DNA from: an uncultured Acidaminococcus sp.
Lineage (GTDB): Bacteria > Bacillota > Negativicutes > Acidaminococcales > Acidaminococcaceae
NCBI GenBank assembly: GCA_902796945.1
Contig: CADBQR010000041.1
Span: forward strand, 1-61,631
Reading direction: 5' to 3'
Length of the DNA: 61,631 nt
Of the stretch, positions 20,284 through 29,838 are shown in pieces. A program made the position numbers and the translations under genes. The notes beneath the pieces were generated by a model. The model saw only the letters and a program-made list of their open reading frames with translations. It did no database searches and was not told the origin of the DNA. Position 1 is the first letter of the stretch; each line of letters opens with the position of its first letter.

Positions 20284-21417
20284 TTATTTTGCAGGTCCAA
20301 TCATGGCAAGCATCGTACCGGCAGCAACTGCCGTACCGATAACGCCTGCTACGTTCGGGCCCATCGCATGCATCAACAGGAAGTTTCCAGGGTTGGCCTG
20401 CTGGCCGACAACCTGGGATACTCTGGCGGCCATAGGCACAGCGGATACGCCGGCACTGCCGATCAGAGGATTGGTCTTACCATGGTCAAGGATACACATC
20501 AGCTTACCAAAGATAACACCGGCAGCCGTACCACCAGCAAAAGCAACCAGGCCAAGGAAAATGATTTCCAGGGTTTGAACGGTCAGGAAGCTCTCTGCCT
20601 TCATGGTCAGGCCGGTACCGGTAGCCAGCATAATGGTAACAATATTCATCAAAGCGTTTTGTGCCGTGTCGGACAAACGACCCAGGCAGCCCGCTTCCGT
20701 AAATAAGTTACCGAGCATCAGCATACCAATCAGGGAACATACGGACGGCAGCAGCAGGGAAATGAAAATGGTGCACATAATCGGGAATACCACTTTTTCA
20801 AAGTGGGAAACCGTACGCAGCTGAGCCATCTTGATCTTACGGTCTTCCTTGGACGTGAACAGCTTCATAATCGGAGGCTGGATCAGAGGTACCAGGGACA
20901 TATAAGAGTAAGCGGCAACAGCAATGGCACCTAACAGGTGCGGAGCCATCTTACTGGCCAGATAAATGGAAGTCGGGCCGTCAGCACCGCCGATGATACC
21001 GATAGCAGCAGCTTCACGGACGTTGAATCCCAGCAGCATGGCACCGAGCAGGGCAACAAACACGCCGGCCTGGGCAGCAGCACCAAGCAGCAGGGTTTTC
21101 GGGTTGGCCAGCAGCGGGCCAAAGTCCGTCATTGCGCCTACGCCCATGAAAATCAGGGGCGGGAAGACTTCATACTTAATACCGGCCAGGATCAATTTCA
21201 TAACGCCGGGATCGGTTTCGAAACCGGTTTTAGGAATGTTGGCCAGCAGACATCCGAAGGCAATAGGGGTCAGCAAAAGCGGTTCAAAGCCCTTGACGAT
21301 TGCCAAGTAGAGCAGCACGCAGCCTACGAGCATCATAATGGCATTGCCCCCGGTAAAAGCCGTAAAGCCACTATCATTGATGATAGCGCTTATGGCCACC
21401 ACAAAAGCATCTAACAT
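20284..21417 (-). CDS. gcdB: Na+-translocating decarboxylase beta subunit
   Basis: [38 protein letters not shown]. Start MLDAF after AGGAGG. Confidence 0.93.
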   Translation of the reverse strand: MLDAFVVAISAIINDSGFTAFTGGNAIMMLVGCVLLYLAIVKGFEPLLLTPIAFGCLLANIPKTGFETDPGVMKLILAGIKYEVFPPLIFMGVGAMTDFGPLLANPKTLLLGAAAQAGVFVALLGAMLLGFNVREAAAIGIIGGADGPTSIYLASKMAPHLLGAIAVAAYSYMSLVPLIQPPIMKLFTSKEDRKIKMAQLRTVSHFEKVVFPIMCTIFISLLLPSVCSLIGMLMLGNLFTEAGCLGRLSDTAQNALMNIVTIMLATGTGLTMKAESFLTVQTLEIIFLGLVAFAGGTAAGVIFGKLMCILDHGKTNPLIGSAGVSAVPMAARVSQVVGQQANPGNFLLMHAMGPNVAGVIGTAVAAGTMLAMIGPAK

Positions 21418-21454
21418 ATTCTTACGTCCTCCTTTGGATAAGGCTGGCGTGAGA

Positions 21455-21898
21455 TTAAAGGACAACCATCACGTCGCCAGTAGCAACCGTATCGCCAGCG
21501 CTTACGCGAACATCGGATACAGTGCCGTCTTCCGGAGCCATGATTTCGTTCTGCATCTTCATAGCTTCCAGGATCAGCAGGACATCACCGGCTTCAACCT
21601 TGTCGCCGGCCTTAACGTTAACAGACAGGACCTTACCAGGCATAGGAGCTTCAACAGTAACAGAGCCGGCAGGAGCAGGGGCAGCTTCCTTCTTGGGAGC
21701 CGGAGCAGGAGCGGCAGCCGGAGCAGCAGCCGGAGCCGGAGCAGCAACAGGAGCAGCAGCAGCTACAGGGGCAGCAGCCGGAGCCGGAGCAGCAGCAGGA
21801 GCAGCGGGAGCAGCCGGAGCAGCAGCAACAGTGCCGCCAACTTCTTCTACTTCAACCTGATAAACAGTACCGTTAACGTTAACATTGAACTTTTTCAT
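21455..21898 (-). CDS. gcdC: Biotin carboxyl carrier (gamma) subunit of Na+-pumping decarboxylase
   Basis: EAMKM biotinylation motif; long Ala/Pro linker. Confidence 0.93.
   Translation of the reverse strand: MKKFNVNVNGTVYQVEVEEVGGTVAAAPAAPAAPAAAPAPAAAPVAAAAPVAAPAPAAAPAAAPAPAPKKEAAPAPAGSVTVEAPMPGKVLSVNVKAGDKVEAGDVLLILEAMKMQNEIMAPEDGTVSDVRVSAGDTVATGDVMVVL
21700..21830 (-). repeat. Low-complexity GCT/CCG repeats encoding the Ala-Pro linker of GcdC
   Basis: Repeated ggagcagcagcc/ggagcc units on the plus strand, translating to AAAPAAP repeats. Confidence 0.85.
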
Positions 21899-21979
21899 GA
21901 GAAAAACCCTCCTTAAAATTTTAATACCTTACTTTTTCCATGAGTCACATTTCCCGATAAATAGTCCCTCATCTATTCA

Positions 21980-22300
21980 TCAAAAGAAATGCTGAGGCAG
22001 AGCCATGGGCTCCATCTTTTTCTTGTGTTCTGCAATAGCAGCCATCAAAGCAGCGGCCACTGCATCGTCTTCATCCTGAACCATAGCCAGGACGGCTGCT
22101 ATGGCAGCCACTTTTTCCTCTTCCTGACGCTTTGCAGCTGCCGTGGAAGCGGGCTTAGCAGGGAGCGGTTTTTTGGGTTCCGCTTTCTTTTTTGTCGGGT
22201 CAATGGCATGAATCAGGACCATCAGTAACCCCAGTACAATCAACACGCCAAACACAATGGTCATGTTAATCGCCGCAATTAACCACGGGTTTTCTGTCAT
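21980..22300 (-). CDS. gcdD: Decarboxylase delta subunit (OadG-like membrane anchor)
   Basis: MTIVFGVLIVL TM helix, Pro/Lys linker, VAAIAA motif. Start MTENP after GAGGTG. Confidence 0.85.
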   Translation of the reverse strand: MTENPWLIAAINMTIVFGVLIVLGLLMVLIHAIDPTKKKAEPKKPLPAKPASTAAAKRQEEEKVAAIAAVLAMVQDEDDAVAAALMAAIAEHKKKMEPMALPQHFF

Positions 22301-22347
22301 GAACGTCACCTCACTTTCCTGTTGATGAGTAATGGTTTATATCAAAA

Positions 22348-23874
22348 TCACAGAGGAATATTACCATGTTTCTTCTTTGGTCGGTCTTCCTGCTTGGATT
22401 TTAACATACGAAGTGCTTTGATGATGGTCGGGCGGGTTGTCTTCGGCTCGATAACCATTTCCACCATACCATGCTTTGCCGCATAATAGGGCGTTGCAAA
22501 ATTACGGATATATTCTTCCGTCTTTGCTTCCACGTCATCTTCATGACGGAAAATAATCTTGGCAGCCCCCTGCGGACCCATAACGGCGATTTCTGCCGTA
22601 GGCCAGGCAATGACGTGATCGGCGCCCAGGTCCTGGGCACACATGGCCAGATAGGCACCGCCATAGGCCTTTCGCGTTACCAGGGTAATCTTGGGAACCG
22701 TGGCTTCGCAATAGGCATAAAGCATCTTGGCACCATGACGGATAATCCCGCCGTATTCCTGGTCCGTTCCCGGAAGGAATCCCGGAACATCGACGATATT
22801 GATCAAAGGAATGCCAAAGGAATCGCAGAAACGAATGAACCGGGCTGCCTTATCAGAAGCATTTATATCCAGGCAGCCTGCCATGATCCGCGGCTGGTTG
22901 GCAATAATGCCGACCGTACTGCCGTCCATTCTGGCCAGGCAGGTAATGATATTGCGGGCATACATCCGATGCGGTTCCACATATTCACCATTATCGACGA
23001 TACTGCGAATGACCTTGTACATGTCATAGGGCATATGGGACCCGTCAGGAATAATGGTATTGAGACTCTCATCCATACGGAAAGCACTGTCCCCTGTATC
23101 ATAGACCGGAGGATTCTCGCGGTTATTGGACGGCAGGAAACTCAGCAGGTAACGGATCTGTTCCAGGCAATCCGCGTCATTTTCAGCGGGGAAATCAGCG
23201 ACGCCGGACCGTGTCGTATGGGTAAAGGTGCCACCCAGGTCTTCCTGGCCGACTTCTTCGCCCGTAACGGACTTGACAACCTCCGGACCGGTAATGAACA
23301 TCTTGGAACTCCGTTTCACCATATAGATGAAATCGGTCAGGGCCGGACTGTACACTGCGCCGCCAGCACAGGGCCCCATAATGGCTGAAATCTGGGGAAT
23401 AACACCGGAGGAAAGGGTGTTCTGCTTGAACATCTTGCCGAAGCCGGCCAATGCATCCGTTGCTTCCTGAATGCGGGCACCGCCAGAATCAGCCATGCCA
23501 ACAATCGGCGCCCCGGTTTTCAGTGCCATGGCCTGTACCTTGGCAATCTTATTGGCGTGCATTTCGCCAAGACTTCCGCCTTCAACCGTAAAATCCTGGG
23601 CAAAGATAAAAACGGTCCTGCCATTTACGGTGCCATATCCGGTTACGACCCCATCGCCGGCCAGGTACTTTTTCTCCTGGCCAAAGTTGGAACAGCGGTG
23701 TTCAACAAATTTATCCAGTTCTACGAAACTTCCCTTATCAAGAAAAGCATCGATGCGTTCCCGGGCCGTCATCTTGCCGGAATCATGCTGCTTGGCAACG
23801 CGTTTGGCTCCGCCTCCTGCCTCGATCGTTTCATAACGATGCAGCATATCATCAATTTTTTCCCGTGTAGTCAA
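22348..23874 (-). CDS. mmdA: Acyl-CoA carboxyltransferase, methylmalonyl-CoA decarboxylase alpha / PccB-like
   Basis: TARERI, DSGGARIQE, GPCAGGAVYSPALTD, DVPGFLPG, RKAYGGAY, KKHGNIPL. TTG start at 23874 after GAGGAGG. Confidence 0.8.
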   Translation of the reverse strand: MTTREKIDDMLHRYETIEAGGGAKRVAKQHDSGKMTARERIDAFLDKGSFVELDKFVEHRCSNFGQEKKYLAGDGVVTGYGTVNGRTVFIFAQDFTVEGGSLGEMHANKIAKVQAMALKTGAPIVGMADSGGARIQEATDALAGFGKMFKQNTLSSGVIPQISAIMGPCAGGAVYSPALTDFIYMVKRSSKMFITGPEVVKSVTGEEVGQEDLGGTFTHTTRSGVADFPAENDADCLEQIRYLLSFLPSNNRENPPVYDTGDSAFRMDESLNTIIPDGSHMPYDMYKVIRSIVDNGEYVEPHRMYARNIITCLARMDGSTVGIIANQPRIMAGCLDINASDKAARFIRFCDSFGIPLINIVDVPGFLPGTDQEYGGIIRHGAKMLYAYCEATVPKITLVTRKAYGGAYLAMCAQDLGADHVIAWPTAEIAVMGPQGAAKIIFRHEDDVEAKTEEYIRNFATPYYAAKHGMVEMVIEPKTTRPTIIKALRMLKSKQEDRPKKKHGNIPL

Positions 23875-23958
23875 ACAATCTACCTCCTCAGGGCAAAATT
23901 CTGCTCTATTGAACCACATAAAAATTCATGCAATCGTTTCACTATTTAAAACAGAGTC

Positions 23959-23977
23959 ATTGTAACATAAATAACAG
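23959..23977 (-). promoter_or_regulatory. Extended -10 promoter (TG-T-TACAAT) of mmdA-gcdDCB, overlapping a Rex-like palindrome
   Basis: Minus strand CTGTTATTTATGTTACAAT, about 85 nt upstream of the TTG start. Confidence 0.5.
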
Positions 23978-24290
23978 GACCTGACTAGTTTTTTTCAGGA
24001 AATTCGCACCCATTCCGTCTATTTTTCATTCGCCATTCCCCAGGGATTCCAACGCCGGCTCCCAGGGATTTCCACAAGGTCCTTATTCGGTTCAAGACAG
24101 TATCCTGAGCCTTCCCTGCGCAGGCATACCGTACACCCAATGATAGCAAGAATTCTGACAGCTTGCAAGGTCAACTCCCCTGCCAAAACCGGCCGGTTTT
24201 CCCTGAAAGGCCTTAAATTCCGCCGTTTCAGGGAATTGTATGCAAATTGCCGTCAATATGATTTAACAAGTTTGTGCTTTCCGGCCGCTC

Positions 24291-25574
24291 CTACCGCTTC
24301 AGAAAGATACATCCTTCCTCCGTTCCATAACCACGCACAACATCTTCAGCGAAATTATGGCAGGTAGGCGCCCCACAGGCCCCACAGTCGAGTCCGGGCA
24401 GCCTTTCCTCCAGTGCAGTCAGTTGCTCCATTTTCTCCATTGCCGCGCCGAAATCCCCGGCAAGGGGAGGCGCCGGCTTCGCCTTCAGGGGCTTGATGTA
24501 CTGCCGGGAAGCAGGAAAACCGTCACAAACCCGGGCCGCCTGCATGGCCTCGCTCCGGTTGGCTCTTTCCCGCAGACGGCGCATGGCAATGCGCTTTTTT
24601 AAATTTTTCATGCCGACAAATTTATTGACGGCTACACAGGGACCGCCCACACAGCCGCTGCGGCAGATATAACAGCTGATGAATTTCACGTCCGGCAACT
24701 TATTGAGGGTAATCTGCTGCAGGATTTCATCCACATCGTCGGGGCCGCTTACGGAAAGACCATTGCGGCAGCCCGTGGAAAGCAGCTCTCCCTCGTCCAG
24801 CCCCCAGGCCAGCTGATAAGAAGTGCCTACAGTTGCTTCCGGCAGTTCGTTCTTTTCGTTACGAATCCGGTCAACGGCCAGGGAAAGGGGACCATAGATC
24901 GAGGACAGGGTCAGGGACCCTGTCACAGCGGTATGGGCAACATCAATGGACTGATGGATGTTGGTTCCCTTGGCCGGACAGGGCGACAGGAACCAGATTC
25001 CCACCTCTTCCGGCGCCAGGTTCAGTCGCCGGATCGTTTCACGCCGTACATAGATGGCAGCAGCTTCTGCCGGTGCCAGGACAGGCAGCACGTGGGGAAT
25101 GAGTTCCGGATAACGGGTCTGGATCAGACGCAGCACGGCCGGACAGGCGGAGGAAATGACAGGGTACGGCCCCTGATAATGCTGGAAGAAGGTTTCGATT
25201 TCCTCACTGATGTAGTCTCCCGCAAGGGGCACGTCAAAAACGCTGTCAAAACCAATTTCCCGCAGGCCCTGCCAAAGGACGGAAGCAGAAAGAGTTCCGT
25301 CAAACTGGGCATAAAAAGAAGGCGTTGCGAGGGCAATATTGACTTTATACCGTTTCAGTTCCGTCAGCGGCTCGGCCAGGGTCCTTACGGCCCGGGTCGG
25401 ACAGCAGCGAATGCATTCGCCGCAGTCAATGCAGGCATCTGAAATGATGACAGCCTTTCCGCGGCGGACACGGATGGCATGGACCAGACATTTCTTGACA
25501 CAGAGCAGGCAGCCCGTACAGCTGTCATTGTTTACCCGGACAGAATTCAAATAGGAATGTTCCACTGGTTTCAC
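24291..25574 (-). CDS. Group D-like (putative sensory) [FeFe]-hydrogenase / Fe-S protein
   Basis: N-terminal 2x[4Fe-4S] (CTGCLLCVKKC, CIDCGECIRCCP); H-cluster-like motifs SSACP, SPCPAKGTN, CYICRSGCVGG; C-terminal LPGLDCGACGAPTC...C FeS domain. Confidence 0.75.
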   Translation of the reverse strand: MKPVEHSYLNSVRVNNDSCTGCLLCVKKCLVHAIRVRRGKAVIISDACIDCGECIRCCPTRAVRTLAEPLTELKRYKVNIALATPSFYAQFDGTLSASVLWQGLREIGFDSVFDVPLAGDYISEEIETFFQHYQGPYPVISSACPAVLRLIQTRYPELIPHVLPVLAPAEAAAIYVRRETIRRLNLAPEEVGIWFLSPCPAKGTNIHQSIDVAHTAVTGSLTLSSIYGPLSLAVDRIRNEKNELPEATVGTSYQLAWGLDEGELLSTGCRNGLSVSGPDDVDEILQQITLNKLPDVKFISCYICRSGCVGGPCVAVNKFVGMKNLKKRIAMRRLRERANRSEAMQAARVCDGFPASRQYIKPLKAKPAPPLAGDFGAAMEKMEQLTALEERLPGLDCGACGAPTCHNFAEDVVRGYGTEEGCIFLKR

Positions 25575-25615
25575 CTGCTTTTCATATTGCCATGATCAAA
25601 AAGCAAAAGAGCCTG

Positions 25616-26047
25616 TCATACGCAGGAAAATCCCATAATGACCGTAGTTCCCTTTCCGACCTCGGTTTCGATCCGGAATGTATCGGATACCTTTTTCATG
25701 TTCGGCAGTCCCATACCGGCCCCGAAGCCCTTGGCCCGGATTTCTTCCGAAGCCGTTGACCAGCCTTCCTGCATGGCTTTCTCCACATCCGGGATGCCCG
25801 GCCCGTGGTCTTCAATGCGGACCGTTATGACATGCGGGGTAATGTCGGCAATGACAACGCCTCCCCCGCCATGGATCAGGCAATTGATTTCTCCTTCATA
25901 GGTACCGATAGCAATCCGCCGGACCGTCTCCGGTGCCAGGCCAAGTTTCTGCAGCAGCTCCTTAAGCGAGATGGAAGCCGCGCCGGCCCGTTCAAAATCA
26001 TCGACCTCTACAGTGTACCTCTTTTCCACGTTACCGGTTCTCCGCAT
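25616..26047 (-). CDS. Anti-sigma-factor-type Ser/Thr kinase (HATPase_c, RsbT/SpoIIAB-like)
   Basis: N box YEGEINCLIHG, D box EDHGPGI, G boxes GFGAGMGL and GKGT. Alternative GTG start at 26029. Confidence 0.85.
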   Translation of the reverse strand: MRRTGNVEKRYTVEVDDFERAGAASISLKELLQKLGLAPETVRRIAIGTYEGEINCLIHGGGGVVIADITPHVITVRIEDHGPGIPDVEKAMQEGWSTASEEIRAKGFGAGMGLPNMKKVSDTFRIETEVGKGTTVIMGFSCV

Positions 26048-26399
26048 CCTTGGCCGTACAGCCTCTCAGTCCCAACGCATACAACCGGCCGCAGGCCTCG
26101 AACATGGTGCATTTTGTATAGAGGACAGGAATATCCTTGTTTTGGGCCGCAAGAAGCACTTCCGTTTCCGGATGTTTATCGCGGACAAAAACGATGGCCG
26201 CAATATCGCTGACATCAGCGGTCCGGACAACCTGGATATTCAGCAGGCCCGTCAGCAGGACTGCCTTGTTCTTGGCGTAAGCCAGCACATCGCTCATCAT
26301 GTCGCTGCCGCAGGCCATACGGACCTCCCGCCCCATCAGTTTTTCTCCACAGGCGACCTGTGCATTCAGGGCTTCCGCTGCTTGTTTTAACGTAATCAT
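26031..26399 (-). CDS. DRTGG-domain protein
   Basis: MITLKQAAEALNAQV, GSDMMSDVLA, LLTGL...VVRTA. ATG at 26399 after AGGAGG, 30 nt behind the regulator stop. Confidence 0.8.
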   Translation of the reverse strand: MITLKQAAEALNAQVACGEKLMGREVRMACGSDMMSDVLAYAKNKAVLLTGLLNIQVVRTADVSDIAAIVFVRDKHPETEVLLAAQNKDIPVLYTKCTMFEACGRLYALGLRGCTAKDAENR

Positions 26400-26428
26400 T
26401 TGATTTCCTCCTGTCTTACTCATGTTTT

Positions 26429-29400
26429 TTATCTTCGCGTAATGCAAAACAGATTTTCCAGCTGCTGCCGTTCCCAGGTATCCCGATGCGGGTCCAGGGC
26501 CTGCAGGGCCTTGGTCGCATAACTGGACATACTGGCCGGATAATGGGCATTGATGTTCTGCGTTGGATATTGATGCTTGATGATGGCCACCGCCATGTAA
26601 ACGTAGCCCGCTTCCCGGGGATTATTCATCTTTTTGAGTTTGGCCATGGCATCGTCAAGGAATTCGATGGTTTCTTTTTCCTTTCCCTTCCGCATGGACA
26701 ACAGGGCCAGATAAGCTTCCACAATGGGGTGGCGCCAGTAGAAATTATACCGTGGGAAGAGTTCGTAGGCCTGATGGAAATACTTTTCGGCCTGTTCGTA
26801 CCGCCCCATGGCGTAACAGACGACGCCGGCGTTGCAGGAAAAAACGACCCGTGAACTGTACGCATCCTGATCCTTGGCATATTCCAGTGCTTTGTCATAA
26901 TAGTCAAGCGCTTCCTGGTAACGGCCCATACCTCGACGGATCTCGCCGAGATAATTGCAGGCGCCGGCAATATTCAGGGCATAACGGCGCTGCACACTCT
27001 GGGTTACCATGAAGGTAGAAATGGATTCCTTCAGGAGCCGTTCTGCTTCGGTAAAGTTTCCCTGCATGATCATGTTGAGTCCTTTTAAGCGAAGCAGGAT
27101 TCCCATTTCCTTGTGATAATTGCACTCATCGGCTACATTGAGGGCCAGTTCCAGGTAATTCTTCATTTCTTCCGTATTGCCAATCTGGATATCATAATAG
27201 ATCATCTGCTTGTACCCCATCAGCAGATAATCAAGATTACGCATTTCCGAGGCAATTTCAATGAGGCTCAGGATGTTTCGGACACCCTTTTCATACTCCC
27301 CGGTCCGGATGTAATGGCGCCCCATCAGATGAAGGTACGTCATTTCCAGGTCCCGCACTTCAGCCGTATCACCGTAGGTCCTGTGGATGGTGTGCATCAG
27401 TTCATCCACTTCACTGACCAGTTCATCCAGGTGAAGTTCCAGGGAAGAGCTTTTTTCCCGGTCTTCTTTCTGGCTCCCGGAAGAATCCAGCACGGGAAAC
27501 AATTCATTGCTGAAGTTCAGGTAATACATGAGGGTCTTCAGCTTATAACGCCCCATGTTCACCAGCTCACCGGACTCCTTGTAATGGTATTCCAAATGAC
27601 GGTAGATACGGATGTCCTGTGTGGAATGGGTCAGACGTTTTTCCCAGAGCCCGGCTACATAGCTGTGGAGGATCCGCCATTTTTCCTGCGAAATCTGCTG
27701 TTTTACGTACCCGCGCAGCTTTTGCTGGATGATTTCATAAAGGACTTCCGGCTGCTGGGGAATGGGTTTGATGAAATTATTTTTCTCCAGGGCTTCCAGG
27801 CTTTCCAGGACCTGCAGGTTGCTCATATGCATATATTCAGAGATCATTGCCAGCGGGGCCCCGTCGTAAAACAGGGAAATAAAATCCAGGATCTTCCGCT
27901 GATCATCTGACAAAGCCGCACAGCCGCTGCGGAAAATCGTTCTCACATTCTCCGTCAGGTTATCGGTACTTCCCGTTGTCTTCAAGGCCAGCAGGTATTC
28001 CTTTAACAGGAAAAGATTTCCTTCCGAGTCGTTCCACAGATGCTGAATGATGTCATCCGTGACCTGGATTTCCGGAACCGATGCGGCCGCAACCTGGCGG
28101 ACCTGATCCTTCGTAAGCGGCAGCAGATCAATGCTATGGAGGCGATGATACATACCGACGGAATCCTGGAATTGCTGGAACTCCTTGCTGCTGGAATTCC
28201 GGGCCGTCAGGAGGAACATGAAGTTCCGTGATTTCTGGTGCAGGATCAGGCTGCTCAAAAGGGACAGGCTGAGGGGATCCATCCACTGCACATCTTCAAA
28301 GACGAGGACCAGCTGATGGGTTTCCGAAATTGCCTCAAGGACGGAATAAAGAGTATGGAAAATCGCGTCAAACTTCAGGATTTCCTTGATTTCCCCCAAG
28401 CCGGCCTCATGTCCCTCCACCATATCAAGTTGGGGAAACAGCTTATAAAGTCGATTGGGCTCCACATCAGGAACACAGATGTGGTCCTTTTGGATCAGGT
28501 TCCGCAGTCCCTCCATAATGCCCGTCCAGGGGCGCAGGAGTATATTGCGCTCCGGCTGATAACAGTTGCTTTGAATGACCGTGACTTCCGGAGGCAGTAC
28601 CTGAAGGGCCGCATCCTTGACCAGGGTCTTACCGCTGCCGGCAGCCCCCTGAATCAGCAGGGTATCGGCATTCTGTCCCATCAGGAAACGATCCATAAAC
28701 AGATTGACTTCCTGCTGTTCCTTTTCCCGCCCCAGGATCTTTTCATCCCTGGGAATCATCACTGCCGGTTCTTCCCGATTCTGGGCAGAAGCCTGCTGCA
28801 TCATGGCCTCAATTTCCGGGGGCACACTGCTTTTCAGCTCCTCCCGGAACAATTTCTTCATTTCCTCATACAGCTCAAGGGCCTGATGCATATTTCCCTG
28901 TTCGCAATAGGACTTGAGGAGAAGAATGTAAATACTCTCGTCGTAAGGATTGTGGGCAATCAGCTGGCGCCCATAGCGGGATACCTTTGCCATATTTCCC
29001 GTCGCTACGGCCTCTTTCAATTTCTGGAACAATGCATCAAGGTAGATTCCTTCCAAACGATCCCGTTCGGTCAGGTACCAGTTCTCATATTCCGGAGAAT
29101 CCTTGATATAAAAACCCTGCAGAAAATTTCCCTGGTAGAGAGAAAGGCAATTGCCCGGGTTTTTTTCAAATTCACTGACATCAACCTTAAAATGGACCTC
29201 CGGGTTGACTTTGATGATGGCCTTTCTCGGAGAAACGAAGACATCCGTCCCCAACAGCTTTTTCGTTTCATAGATTGCGTTTCGGAGATTTTTCCGGGCT
29301 ACTGCATCCGATTTGTCACCCCACAGGATACCGCTCATTTCATCCCTCATGACCGTACCCTTGACCAGGATGTAGTACACCAAGGCATTTACTTTATTGT

Positions 29401-29476
29401 ACGGAAAAAAGACTTCTTTCCCGTCTTTTTTGATGACAGGAGCACCCAGAAAGCGCGCCTCCAAAGTACTTGCCAT
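26429..29476 (-). CDS. Large SARP-like transcriptional regulator: wHTH-BTAD, STAND/AAA ATPase, TPR repeats
   Basis: N-terminal FLG...LVYY...RDEMSGILW...ARKNLRNAIY (OmpR-like wHTH); BTAD (NPYDESIY); Walker A GAAGSGKT; Walker B LVFEDVQWMD; C-terminal TPRs (CNYLGEI...GRYQEALDYY). Confidence 0.85.
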   Translation of the reverse strand: MASTLEARFLGAPVIKKDGKEVFFPYNKVNALVYYILVKGTVMRDEMSGILWGDKSDAVARKNLRNAIYETKKLLGTDVFVSPRKAIIKVNPEVHFKVDVSEFEKNPGNCLSLYQGNFLQGFYIKDSPEYENWYLTERDRLEGIYLDALFQKLKEAVATGNMAKVSRYGRQLIAHNPYDESIYILLLKSYCEQGNMHQALELYEEMKKLFREELKSSVPPEIEAMMQQASAQNREEPAVMIPRDEKILGREKEQQEVNLFMDRFLMGQNADTLLIQGAAGSGKTLVKDAALQVLPPEVTVIQSNCYQPERNILLRPWTGIMEGLRNLIQKDHICVPDVEPNRLYKLFPQLDMVEGHEAGLGEIKEILKFDAIFHTLYSVLEAISETHQLVLVFEDVQWMDPLSLSLLSSLILHQKSRNFMFLLTARNSSSKEFQQFQDSVGMYHRLHSIDLLPLTKDQVRQVAAASVPEIQVTDDIIQHLWNDSEGNLFLLKEYLLALKTTGSTDNLTENVRTIFRSGCAALSDDQRKILDFISLFYDGAPLAMISEYMHMSNLQVLESLEALEKNNFIKPIPQQPEVLYEIIQQKLRGYVKQQISQEKWRILHSYVAGLWEKRLTHSTQDIRIYRHLEYHYKESGELVNMGRYKLKTLMYYLNFSNELFPVLDSSGSQKEDREKSSSLELHLDELVSEVDELMHTIHRTYGDTAEVRDLEMTYLHLMGRHYIRTGEYEKGVRNILSLIEIASEMRNLDYLLMGYKQMIYYDIQIGNTEEMKNYLELALNVADECNYHKEMGILLRLKGLNMIMQGNFTEAERLLKESISTFMVTQSVQRRYALNIAGACNYLGEIRRGMGRYQEALDYYDKALEYAKDQDAYSSRVVFSCNAGVVCYAMGRYEQAEKYFHQAYELFPRYNFYWRHPIVEAYLALLSMRKGKEKETIEFLDDAMAKLKKMNNPREAGYVYMAVAIIKHQYPTQNINAHYPASMSSYATKALQALDPHRDTWERQQLENLFCITRR

Positions 29477-29552
29477 GATTTCCTCCCCTTCACCATATCA
29501 TACGCGGCAGGCGGTCCGCTGACCGCCAGATTTTTCAGTCTTATGATGGAAT

Positions 29553-29581
29553 ATTATATAATAAATTTCATGATATGACAA
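29553..29581 (-). promoter_or_regulatory. Sigma70 promoter of the regulator gene
   Basis: Minus strand TTGTCA-17 nt-TATAAT (29581-29576; 29558-29553). Confidence 0.75.
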
Positions 29582-29838
29582 AATGGGAAAGAAGACGGCA
29601 GGCCATTTTTGACGCATTGGAGCCCAATTTTCCCTGAATTTTCAAAAATTGTTTTTTTATCTTTTCTTTTTTTGACGTTATTTCTGCATAATTAAAAGAA
29701 TCTGACGGCCATCGTTCGCCAATAAGGGCTACGGCCATCTGCATTCAGGAAAATGAAACGCCCACGCCCCCATCGGGCAGGAGATAAAAAGTCCCGGTCC
29801 TGGAAAGATGCGCTTCCCTTCGAACCGGAGGCAAAGAA

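Noticed and set aside
21700-21830. Repetitive GC-rich tract as a CRISPR array or VNTR
   Set aside because: It is the in-frame Ala/Pro linker of the biotin carrier; there is no repeat-spacer structure.
26429-29476. STAND NTPase plus TPR read as an Avs-type antiphage system
   Set aside because: The N-terminus is a SARP wHTH-BTAD DNA-binding module rather than a nuclease, TIR or protease effector, and the context is metabolic.
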